From a virus, in IMG/VR virus record IMGVR_UViG_3300000366_000001, positions 1-64,000 of that record: a stretch of 64,000 nucleotides of DNA, one strand, 5' to 3'. A model generated the notes under the pieces. That model searched no databases, was not told where the DNA came from, and was given only the letters and a program-made list of their open reading frames with translations. A program made the translations under genes and the position numbers. Each line of letters begins with the position of its first letter. Within the stretch, counting starts at the first letter, position 1. This document shows positions 45,867-53,887 of this stretch, piece by piece.

Positions 45867-46289
45867 TCAAAATTTACCAGTATGACCAAAACCGTTTTCG
45901 CCGCGTTCCGTTTCCTTGAATTCTTCCTTGATAAATGTAGCCTCTACCATTTCATGGAAAACAATTTGACCGATACGCTCACCGGCTTTAATTGTAACAG
46001 GTTCGTTTGACAGGTTCCAGAAATTCCAAATCATATTACCTGTGTAATCCTTGTCAATAATGCCAACACTGTTGAGTAGGATCAGTCCGTTTTTGTTACA
46101 CAATGAGCTTCTTGGCACCGCCGTATAAAAGTAATCCTGAATAGGCTGTAGCTTGGTAGGCGTTGTCACCTTGCCAACCTGATGAGGTTTGATAAATAAA
46201 TCTTCTTTAGAAACAACATCATAGCCAGCAGATTCCTCTGATCCCCTGGTAGGCTTTTCGCCATTGTACCTCACTACCACTTTTTTCAT
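45867..46289 (-). CDS. dut: dUTPase (trimeric type)
   Basis: Motifs AGYDV, GIIDKDYTG, RIGQIVF and ERGENGFGHTG. Confidence 0.85.
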   Translation of the reverse strand: MKKVVVRYNGEKPTRGSEESAGYDVVSKEDLFIKPHQVGKVTTPTKLQPIQDYFYTAVPRSSLCNKNGLILLNSVGIIDKDYTGNMIWNFWNLSNEPVTIKAGERIGQIVFHEMVEATFIKEEFKETERGENGFGHTGKF

Positions 46290-46513
46290 TTGATTATTTT
46301 CCTTTTGTTAAAGCCATTAAAAAACCTTCGCCATATATAACCCCTCGCCACTGATACCACCGTAAAAGTTAATGTAATAGCTATATTGTCATGTGCGCTT
46401 ACTTGGATCTCCCATAACGGGACTATAACATAAGACCAAAGCAATAGCGATACTAAAAACCCTGACCCTACGTTAAGAATCTGTTCAATTAGACTCTGTT
46501 TTCGGCTTTGCAT
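46286..46513 (-). CDS. small membrane protein
   Basis: 75 aa with two hydrophobic helices. Confidence 0.55.
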   Translation of the reverse strand: MQSRKQSLIEQILNVGSGFLVSLLLWSYVIVPLWEIQVSAHDNIAITLTFTVVSVARGYIWRRFFNGFNKRKIIK

Positions 46514-47286
46514 TGTTCTACCATTCTCTGACCAAAAAACACAACCTTTTCAGAGTCATAAAGTCCGTCTGTATATCCTTTTTTAGTGCCGCCTAGCCTG
46601 GCCGCACACTTCCGCCAGATTGCTTTAAATGCGTTACCCTCTGCATAATTCATATGCAAGGCTTCAATGATGTCATTACATTCAGCTTCGTAAGCTTCTG
46701 GTAATGTTGTCGGTTTGTTAATCTTTACCTTGTAGTAACTAACTGATCCGCCTGTGTATTCTTCTTCTGGATGATCCTTAAAATCAACATCAGCAGGATT
46801 ATACCAGGGCTTTTGCGGAATAGGGTATTTTTCGTCCGACTTAACACCATGTTCGACAGCATCAAGCCACTGATCTTCTTTATCCCAAAAATACTCCTTT
46901 CCATCTTCAATCTTAAGCCAATTACAGATAGTAAATTGACCACATTCAAAGTCAACATGAGTTGCGTCTTCAGGTGGCTCACCTGAATTATGGATCATAC
47001 CAGCAAAATGCTCTTGATATTTTTTATCAAGAGTAGTGAGTTTTGGCTGGTCTTTCATTGGGTGGCATTCGATTGAACTCTTGCCCTTTGATATAACGTA
47101 CCAAAACCCATGGCCTTGCGGGGTTTCTTCCCAGACAAAACATCCGTAAAGGTTAGTGTCATCATCAAGCGCGATCCCACTATCAATAACTCTCTGCAAT
47201 TCGTAAACCGCAGCATTATGGCCGATCACATTGGCAACCCGCTCAAAACAAGCTAGGTCGATAGGATGTAGCTCTTCTTTTTTCAT
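46489..47286 (-). CDS. hypothetical protein with DUF3310-like C-terminal domain
   Basis: ATG at 47286 after GGAGG. The C-terminal pattern is GGSVSYYKV...AEGNAFKAIWRKCAARLGG. Confidence 0.55.
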   Translation of the reverse strand: MKKEELHPIDLACFERVANVIGHNAAVYELQRVIDSGIALDDDTNLYGCFVWEETPQGHGFWYVISKGKSSIECHPMKDQPKLTTLDKKYQEHFAGMIHNSGEPPEDATHVDFECGQFTICNWLKIEDGKEYFWDKEDQWLDAVEHGVKSDEKYPIPQKPWYNPADVDFKDHPEEEYTGGSVSYYKVKINKPTTLPEAYEAECNDIIEALHMNYAEGNAFKAIWRKCAARLGGTKKGYTDGLYDSEKVVFFGQRMVEQCKAENRV

Positions 47287-47300
47287 CTGAAAACCTCCAG

Positions 47301-47570
47301 TCAATCATAAACTTTAATGTTTCTGCCAGACCTTACCGCATCCTGCTCTTTCTCATGCTCTGCCCTGCAACTCCAATCCTCCTCAGCTTCACAGTATGCC
47401 GATTCGTAATCTGGTAAAGCCTCACTGCAATATAGGCACTTGTTAACTATAGCGTGTTTCTGCATGGATTGCAAGCGTTCTTTCTCTCTTTCTTTTGCCA
47501 GGTTGAAAGAAAAAAGCGACCTTTCCAGATGCCGCTCATTTTCTTTTTGTGCAATATCTATTTCGTCCAT
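47301..47570 (-). CDS. TraR/DksA-family zinc-finger protein
   Basis: N-terminal DEIDIAQKENERHLE followed by a C4 cluster (CLYCSE...C..C). Confidence 0.65.
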   Translation of the reverse strand: MDEIDIAQKENERHLERSLFSFNLAKEREKERLQSMQKHAIVNKCLYCSEALPDYESAYCEAEEDWSCRAEHEKEQDAVRSGRNIKVYD

Positions 47571-47620
47571 TTTATTAAAGCCTTATTGTTAATTAAATAA
47601 GGCTATTTTAGCATGGCTGA

Positions 47621-47938
47621 TTAAAATAAATTTAATTGATTTTTGTTTTGGTGCATTGCTTCTATTTGATCAACCATACACTGGTTCCAATTACTAGACT
47701 CAAAGCCCAATGATTTTAGATTATGGTCGTTTTTAAGTATAGCCAAAGCTATCCTTTTATAAGTTGGAACCCTATTTGAGTTAACCAGTTGATCTGGAAC
47801 CTCCTCTCCATCAGGAATACCACTCGAATAACATTTGTCCATCCACATCTTTTCGTAAGCCTTTATTTTCGATGTAATGCTTCTCCCATAATCTAATTGC
47901 TGAATCTGCCTCTTTGTTTGCCAAAAATCGCTGCTCAT
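47621..47938 (-). CDS. small protein sharing the KR[IF]A..ILKNDH motif with the IbrA-like C-terminus
   Basis: Has VPTYKRIALAILKNDHNLKSLGF, compared with TSWKRFAVTILKNDHTCKYMGL in 49205..50527. It overlaps the upstream ORF by 128 nt; an alternative ATG lies at 47848. Confidence 0.5.
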   Translation of the reverse strand: MSSDFWQTKRQIQQLDYGRSITSKIKAYEKMWMDKCYSSGIPDGEEVPDQLVNSNRVPTYKRIALAILKNDHNLKSLGFESSNWNQCMVDQIEAMHQNKNQLNLF

Positions 47939-48242
47939 CTGTAAGATACCCCCACGCTTTTCTAGTAATATCTTGAGGGCAGCTTAAAGCCATTGCACAT
48001 GCTGCATGACCAATCCATGCCCTTCTATTTATATTTTCGTCTGTTAGTGCGTTCTCACAACTAAAGATCCACTCTTCAGTTACGCTTTTCATGTATTTTC
48101 CGTATAAATAATGATCTCCTGTGAACTCAATAGCTTTTTCAAGCATTTCCTTTTTATTATTGCAGGTAGACCACATCCCTTGGCCTACCTCCTCCCACTT
48201 CCAGAACGGATGAGCAATATGCTCAAATTTCCTCTTTACCAT
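47811..48242 (-). CDS. hypothetical protein
   Basis: 143 aa; ATG verified. It overlaps the ParB-like gene end by 20 nt. Confidence 0.55.
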   Translation of the reverse strand: MVKRKFEHIAHPFWKWEEVGQGMWSTCNNKKEMLEKAIEFTGDHYLYGKYMKSVTEEWIFSCENALTDENINRRAWIGHAACAMALSCPQDITRKAWGYLTDEQRFLANKEADSAIRLWEKHYIENKGLRKDVDGQMLFEWYS

Positions 48243-48798
48243 AAATATCTTCTTCTACAACCTCCCAGCTATCTGAAAAATCCTTGTTTTGAAATAAAGC
48301 TGCTACACCTGTAATCTGTTTTAACCTAAGAAGCTCATCCTTACTCATACCTATATGGTCACATATCCACCTGTCCCCCTTACCCATCTCAACAAGCTCT
48401 GCTACAATCGTGCTCATTAGCTCTATACTATGAGTGCCCCTAGCCCTGTTATGACGAATTGTTGAGGCCATCCTGTTATCCATAGTCTTGTTTAAGACTA
48501 CAATAGGAAGCATTCCTTGCTCCCTTTGATAAACCCTCTTACTTGTCTTCAGTGTTAAATAACGGTGAAAGCCATCAATGACAACATATTGATCTTTATC
48601 TTCATCATAAACAGTTACAACAGGTTGAGTATAACCATCCTCCCATATTGATGTCTCAAGCAGCTCCATTTCTGGCGGCGCAACGCTATTAGGATTATAG
48701 TCGTTAGCCGTAACTTTTTCCACTGGAACCCGTAGAACATTGTAAACAGGAGAAACAAAACCTGACTCAAAATCTTTATTATCGTGGTGGTTTTCCAT
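48223..48798 (-). CDS. ParB-like nuclease domain protein (IbrB-like)
   Basis: Has NPNSVAPPEMELLETSI...IDGFHRY...RHNRARGTH; ATG at 48798 after GAGG. Confidence 0.7.
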   Translation of the reverse strand: MENHHDNKDFESGFVSPVYNVLRVPVEKVTANDYNPNSVAPPEMELLETSIWEDGYTQPVVTVYDEDKDQYVVIDGFHRYLTLKTSKRVYQREQGMLPIVVLNKTMDNRMASTIRHNRARGTHSIELMSTIVAELVEMGKGDRWICDHIGMSKDELLRLKQITGVAALFQNKDFSDSWEVVEEDIYGKEEI

Positions 48799-48815
48799 GC
48801 AAAGCCTCATCTCAA

Positions 48816-49205
48816 TTATTTTACACAAAACACTTCGTAACTTCCATCCTCATCATGGACTTCATTTCCAGTCAGAGGCGGGTTAAAAACACAAAGCAAA
48901 ACAGTCTCATCAATTGCCTCAAAAAAGTGCGGGTCATTCTCATCTAAAATGTAAGTTGTATCTGGAGTAATAATAAACTCCTCTCCGGTTTTAGCGTTTG
49001 TAAGCACCGCTTTACCCTTTACACAGTAACAGCTTTCAAGATGATTCTTGTAGTGCTGAAAAACCCTTCCAGCATCTGGACTTATCACGGTTTTTGTGAA
49101 GGTGTAACCCATTTTATCTTCCAGCAAAATTATGCGGTTACTTACGCCAGCATGAAATTCAACTTTCCTGCTTTCTGGCAATTGATTGGTTTTGATTACT
49201 TTCAT
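48816..49205 (-). CDS. ectoine-synthase-like cupin (EctC family)
   Basis: HYKNHLESCYCVKGKAVL...PDTTYILDENDPHFF...LLCVFNPPLTGNEVHDEDGSY aligns by eye with Halomonas EctC (HYKHHFEAVYCIEGEGEV...PGDIYILDQHDEHLL...[21 protein letters not shown]). Confidence 0.7.
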   Translation of the reverse strand: MKVIKTNQLPESRKVEFHAGVSNRIILLEDKMGYTFTKTVISPDAGRVFQHYKNHLESCYCVKGKAVLTNAKTGEEFIITPDTTYILDENDPHFFEAIDETVLLCVFNPPLTGNEVHDEDGSYEVFCVK

Positions 49206-50527
49206 TATTTATCACCCTTCTTGTTTAGATTATTGTATTTTTTCTGTATCTGCTTCTGTCTTGCAGCCTGCTCTTTAGTTGGAGCAAGACCCATATACTT
49301 ACAAGTATGATCGTTCTTTAAAATTGTCACTGCAAACCTTTTCCAGCTAGTTACATCTGAATTGTTGCAAGACAGCATATCCAAGTGATCTGGTGGAGTT
49401 TTTATTTTAACTCTACGTAAATCTTTTCTACCGTGACTGGTATATCCGTTCACAGTGAATTTTACACCTGCACTGTTTAGTTCGTCAATAGTTTTTTCTG
49501 GCAATCCGCGCCCCACTCTACCCCAATATCTTATAGATTGAATGAAGCGCCCCTTAAAATTTTCTGCGGTTTCCTCCGGCAAGGTATCGAGCAAAAACTT
49601 AACAAAGCTTTTCCATGTATGACCTTTTGGAAGACTTATATTTCTGTAATTAAGCTGCTTACCATAGGTAACCATAAAATTAGCCCCGTTAACTCTAGCG
49701 CAAAGCCTTGCCCAAATATGAGGATCTATAACCCTATAAAGGTTTAGGCTGGCCTTTGCCTCACTCATAAATGGTGACGCTACCCGCATAGATCCAACTG
49801 GTACACCAGCCTTGTAAAAAACATCATACAGCTTGTTGTAGTCCCACTCAAACTTAGCATTAGCAGCCCATACATCATCAGTGCGCCAATCATAAATAGG
49901 GTAACAATTAAAAACATTTTTAGTGTTTTTCTTTGTCCAGGCGTAACCATCAAGCATCTCCTTTCTATCGTTCATAATGGCTCTAAATCGGTTGAGGCTT
50001 TCTTGCGTCCTAATGCCAATAAGGTTGGCTGTTTTTTTTCCTTCGGCATACCACTCTGCAAACATATCCCAAAAGTGATCGTACTGCATGTTTTCTACAA
50101 ATTTATCCCCGAAAGGATGATTTTCAAAATTTACAACATAGTCATCTTCCGGCATTGGCCTTATCCATCTATCTTTATCACCCTCTCCCCAGCACTGCCA
50201 ATCTTGATCGTAAGCAGAAACGGTGCATGGTAATGTTATTGGCATGCAGCACCAATATACATCAAGATAATCCGAGTTATCTTTCAATATTCTGTGCATA
50301 AATTCAAGGCTTAAGTCATAATTTGCCTCGTTATCCATTATCTGAATACCAAGCTTTTTCTTTACATTGTTCTTTTTCATATAGTCAAGGCAAAGATTAA
50401 GCATTATCCCAGAGTCCTTGCCGCCTGAAAAAGAAAGATAGACCTTTTCAAAGTTATTAAAAATGTAATCTATGCGCTCCATAGATGCATCATATACGTT
50501 TTTACCTCTGTTGTATTGCCTGCGCAT
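49205..50527 (-). CDS. PAPS-reductase-fold protein with DUF3440-like C-terminus (IbrA-like)
   Basis: N-terminal PP-loop context YLSFSGGKDSG; 440 aa; ATG at 50527 after AAGGAG; TAATG junction with the cupin gene. Confidence 0.75.
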   Translation of the reverse strand: MRRQYNRGKNVYDASMERIDYIFNNFEKVYLSFSGGKDSGIMLNLCLDYMKKNNVKKKLGIQIMDNEANYDLSLEFMHRILKDNSDYLDVYWCCMPITLPCTVSAYDQDWQCWGEGDKDRWIRPMPEDDYVVNFENHPFGDKFVENMQYDHFWDMFAEWYAEGKKTANLIGIRTQESLNRFRAIMNDRKEMLDGYAWTKKNTKNVFNCYPIYDWRTDDVWAANAKFEWDYNKLYDVFYKAGVPVGSMRVASPFMSEAKASLNLYRVIDPHIWARLCARVNGANFMVTYGKQLNYRNISLPKGHTWKSFVKFLLDTLPEETAENFKGRFIQSIRYWGRVGRGLPEKTIDELNSAGVKFTVNGYTSHGRKDLRRVKIKTPPDHLDMLSCNNSDVTSWKRFAVTILKNDHTCKYMGLAPTKEQAARQKQIQKKYNNLNKKGDK

Positions 50528-50582
50528 CAACTCAACTCCTTAGCCAATTCAATTAACCTGTTCATTTTACCCGATCCGATTC

Positions 50583-50616
50583 CAAAAAAAATACCCTCGT
50601 TAACTTCTGAGGGTAT
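50583..50616 (-). terminator. rho-independent terminator
   Basis: Stem ATACCCTC/GAGGGTAT followed by T8 on the minus strand. Confidence 0.7.
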
Positions 50617-50639
50617 TCTATTATCACTAATTCCAAAAG

Positions 50640-51800
50640 TCAACACATTTCCGGCGTAATCCGCAACCTTCCCACTTCACCGTATTCAGTATGGTAGGTA
50701 ATGACCTGTGCTGACCTTTGGCTAATCCAACCGCCATGCGCTGCATAAGCGTCTGTGGCGGCCAAAGTCTGGTGTTGCTCAACTATCATCAGATTGTTTT
50801 CTTTAACGTCTTTAGAGTGCCTATGACCTAGATGGGCATAGCTGTACTTTGTACGCCCGAACATATCCCTAAATTTAGCTGCAAAAACATCAGCCACACT
50901 TCCAACGCCTTTACGGTGTCCATGATGAAAGAATAGGCTGTTATTACCAAACTCATAAGCGTAATAAACGTCAGGGCTTGTTTCAACTGTTACCCTGTCG
51001 TTTAAGCTGTAGAAGTGCGAAAACAGCTCTCTAAGCCACGCAGATGAAGCCATATCATGGTTTCCCTGGGCATGAACGATATGCACGTATTCGTGCTTTT
51101 CTAGCAGCATATCAACGACTTTAGTGAGCACCTTGATAGCTACCCTGACTACGTTTTGAAATCGCGTATCTGCATCAAGAATATGCTTGTGTTGTGGTGT
51201 TACCGCTTCTAATCCATCATAATGAAGCAAGTCTGCAATATTTGCCAAGATAGCCGTTTCTGAGTCGGGCGATTGCTTAATAGCTTGTTTAAACCAGTTG
51301 ACAAGTAAGGATTCAGCTTTCTCAATATCCCAATCCTCATTACCTGTTTCTTCACCCCATGCGTACATGCCAAGGTGGTAATCTGTAATTACATAAAGAT
51401 TCAGTAAGTCTTGATTGCTTGATTCCTTTGATTGGACTGGATAGCTTGCTTTCGGCTCTACCGACTCTTTCAGGGCTTCTATAGCGGCTTCCATAACCTT
51501 AAACTGGTCTTCTGCTTTCTTGTCAGTCTTAACCCATTGCAGTCTTGGCTTTCCCAAGTCATCATAAAGTGTGCTTGTTCCTTTTACAAAATGGGTATCA
51601 GGAGCTACCTTAGTCATACCCTTGTCAGGTGCATAACCTTGCAGGGCAGCCCTATCCTTTACGCGGTTAACCTGACGCTTCAGTGTTGTTCTATCCTTAC
51701 CTAAAAGCCTTGCAGCGGCATTAAGCGTACCTTTTTCAAGGTAGGCTTTAACTGATTCCGTCTCATGGTCTGTCCTGCAAAACTCAATTAATTTATCCAT
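50640..51800 (-). CDS. HTH domain fused to a calcineurin-like metallophosphoesterase
   Basis: N-terminal LNAAARLLGKDRTTLKRQVNR. Phosphoesterase motifs DYHLG, GNHD and GHRH. Confidence 0.65.
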   Translation of the reverse strand: MDKLIEFCRTDHETESVKAYLEKGTLNAAARLLGKDRTTLKRQVNRVKDRAALQGYAPDKGMTKVAPDTHFVKGTSTLYDDLGKPRLQWVKTDKKAEDQFKVMEAAIEALKESVEPKASYPVQSKESSNQDLLNLYVITDYHLGMYAWGEETGNEDWDIEKAESLLVNWFKQAIKQSPDSETAILANIADLLHYDGLEAVTPQHKHILDADTRFQNVVRVAIKVLTKVVDMLLEKHEYVHIVHAQGNHDMASSAWLRELFSHFYSLNDRVTVETSPDVYYAYEFGNNSLFFHHGHRKGVGSVADVFAAKFRDMFGRTKYSYAHLGHRHSKDVKENNLMIVEQHQTLAATDAYAAHGGWISQRSAQVITYHTEYGEVGRLRITPEMC

Positions 51801-51978
51801 TCTCTTTAACCTTTTGCTCTAAATAAAGAATATACTCTAGCATCTTTTCATGGTGACTGGATAATCTAAAGCATTCTGAATCTCTGTTTTTTCTGTAATC
51901 TTCTAGCAATTTACTATCAAGTCTTTCACCCTGGCAAAATCCTTTTCGCCATTCGTTTCTTTGATTAACTAGGTTCAT
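51793..51978 (-). CDS. hypothetical protein
   Basis: 61 aa; overlaps both neighbours by a few nt. Confidence 0.5.
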   Translation of the reverse strand: MNLVNQRNEWRKGFCQGERLDSKLLEDYRKNRDSECFRLSSHHEKMLEYILYLEQKVKENG

Positions 51979-52433
51979 TTTTCCAGATTATCTTCAACCA
52001 TTTTCATGGCAAAGGTATCAAATACTTTAACTTCGCCACCTGTGCATGAATCTCGTGTCATAGCGTACTCTACAGCCTCCTTTGCATTCATTCCAAAGTC
52101 AATAGCTGCCATAGCAAAGGGCGCTCCTGATCCAATCGAATAGCTGTTTAAATGATCTATGCTGTTTTTGTAAACCCCGCCTTCTTCACTCTGAGAAAGA
52201 ATGAATACACCTTCACTCTCTGCAATGATGATATTTGCCTCTAATAGATATTCGTGCATAGCTTGGTCTGAAATTGAAATAAGTTTATCAATATCGCAAG
52301 GGATGCCAGCACCAAAATAGTAGGCGTTATTGGAAACAACAAATTTATCCACATTTTCAGAAAGGATGATATTTCCGCTTGATTCTCTTGAGTCACAAGC
52401 AATATAGCGGCCATCAAATGCGATTGTAGTCAT
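51975..52433 (-). CDS. proteasome-type Ntn hydrolase (HslV-like)
   Basis: MTTIAFDGRYIACDSRESSGNII... parallels the HslV N-terminus (TTIVSVRRNGHVVIAGDGQ), with Thr directly after Met. Confidence 0.65.
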   Translation of the reverse strand: MTTIAFDGRYIACDSRESSGNIILSENVDKFVVSNNAYYFGAGIPCDIDKLISISDQAMHEYLLEANIIIAESEGVFILSQSEEGGVYKNSIDHLNSYSIGSGAPFAMAAIDFGMNAKEAVEYAMTRDSCTGGEVKVFDTFAMKMVEDNLEK

Positions 52434-52447
52434 TTAGTTATTCCTGG

Positions 52448-52975
52448 TTATTGGTAGGTCAGTGCGTAAGTCAATCTAGGTTCAGCTATACCAGTACCAT
52501 AGCATATATTTTTACCTTTGAAAACCCGTGTACCGTAACTTCCAACCTCAAAACCATTAATCTCTAGATCTAATCCTGACTCGGTTTTTACGGTTGTCAG
52601 CTTTTCTGTAAACTGTCTAAAGAATCCTTCTGCATCTTTTTTTACAGACTTATATTCATATGAACCGATTACAAACAATTCTATCTTCAAGAATATTCTG
52701 AAATGATACTCATCTAAAACAGGTTCATCACGATAGCACGGGGTTATCGCTTGATACCTGCCATCGCCAATATCATTATTAATGATACGCTGAAAAAATG
52801 ACTGCTCAGCACTAGCCACATAACAGAGACCATTATGTTTCAAATCTTCCCTTGATTCAGGTTTAGTAAAGTCGCTTACCATTTCATCCACAAGCATAGG
52901 CACTGATACAGGCTCGTAGCCAAGTAACTGATACCATTGCATGGCATTAAGAATTTTTAAAGAGTCAACTATCAT
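52448..52975 (-). CDS. minimal class-II aminoacyl-tRNA-synthetase-like catalytic core
   Basis: 175 aa. Motif-2-like CYRDEPVLDEYHFRIFLKIELF (compare SerRS CFRSEAGS...HQFDKVEMV). Motif-3-like GTGIAEPRLTYAL. Confidence 0.55.
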   Translation of the reverse strand: MIVDSLKILNAMQWYQLLGYEPVSVPMLVDEMVSDFTKPESREDLKHNGLCYVASAEQSFFQRIINNDIGDGRYQAITPCYRDEPVLDEYHFRIFLKIELFVIGSYEYKSVKKDAEGFFRQFTEKLTTVKTESGLDLEINGFEVGSYGTRVFKGKNICYGTGIAEPRLTYALTYQ

Positions 52976-53223
52976 TTTCTATACCCCGATTTAAATGCTA
53001 GTTTTGTAGCATCTGACATCGCTTTAAGGTCATTCATTTTCATCCCGAACTTAAATTCAATATACCCCTCTATTGCCCCATACATATCTGACAGCTCTAC
53101 CAACTCCATAATAAGGTTGCCTTGCTCTTGAGACTCTAAAACCTCATCAGCCTCTTCCATTACTTTGGAGAAATGACCGTAGACACCTTTTTTAATAACT
53201 CTATTATGATAACTCATAAACAT
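52972..53223 (-). CDS. MazG-like NTP pyrophosphohydrolase
   Basis: 83 aa; has EEADEVLE...ELVELSD acidic helices. Confidence 0.55.
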   Translation of the reverse strand: MFMSYHNRVIKKGVYGHFSKVMEEADEVLESQEQGNLIMELVELSDMYGAIEGYIEFKFGMKMNDLKAMSDATKLAFKSGYRK

Positions 53224-53256
53224 TCCTTAATTCAATTATGATTCAAGCATTTTTGT

Positions 53257-53826
53257 TTATGACAAAAATACTTGCTGCTTGATTACAATAATATTAACAA
53301 TAGCTGAAACATATTTAGCCTGATGGATTGCATCGTCTAGGGCATAATGCGGAACACCTGAAAACGGCATTTCTTTTTTAGCGTTATACCCAATCATTTC
53401 ACCTAGCTCAACAACAGTCCTGACATCCCTTTCATTCCAGAACTTCCAAGGGTTATTGAGTCCTACTTTATCAAAGGAGTTTTTAAGGATGCCTAAGTCA
53501 AAGGTAGCACCGTTGCCCCAAGGCTTAGCCTGCTTTGAGTTATCGTAAACAAAAGAGCGTAAGGACTCCAAAACCTCTTTCAAGTCTCTTGCCTTTTTGT
53601 TGTCTTTAAACTTATTTCTAGCATCATCTGACTGCTTTAACCACCATAAAATGGTATCCGCATCTGCATGGATGCCGTATTTAGATGATGATTCTAGGCT
53701 AATTTGCTCATAAAACTTTGCACCTGTCTCACCTGTTTTAGGCTCAAAAAAGCAAGCCCCGATAGCAATAATCGGTGAGTTGTTGGTGTTCCCCATTGTT
53801 TCTAAGTCAATCATTAGATTTTGCAT
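53257..53826 (-). CDS. DEDDh 3'-5' exonuclease
   Basis: ExoI motif MIDLETMG and ExoIII motif HYALDDAIH. Confidence 0.75.
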   Translation of the reverse strand: MQNLMIDLETMGNTNNSPIIAIGACFFEPKTGETGAKFYEQISLESSSKYGIHADADTILWWLKQSDDARNKFKDNKKARDLKEVLESLRSFVYDNSKQAKPWGNGATFDLGILKNSFDKVGLNNPWKFWNERDVRTVVELGEMIGYNAKKEMPFSGVPHYALDDAIHQAKYVSAIVNIIVIKQQVFLS

Positions 53827-53846
53827 GGTTTTTCCTTTCTATATAG

Positions 53847-53870
53847 CAAAAGGCCCCTTTTTACAGGGGC
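53847..53870 (-). terminator. probable terminator
   Basis: Stem GCCCC/GGGGC followed by a T-run on the minus strand. Confidence 0.5.
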
Positions 53871-53887
53871 ATAACTTATTCTTACCA

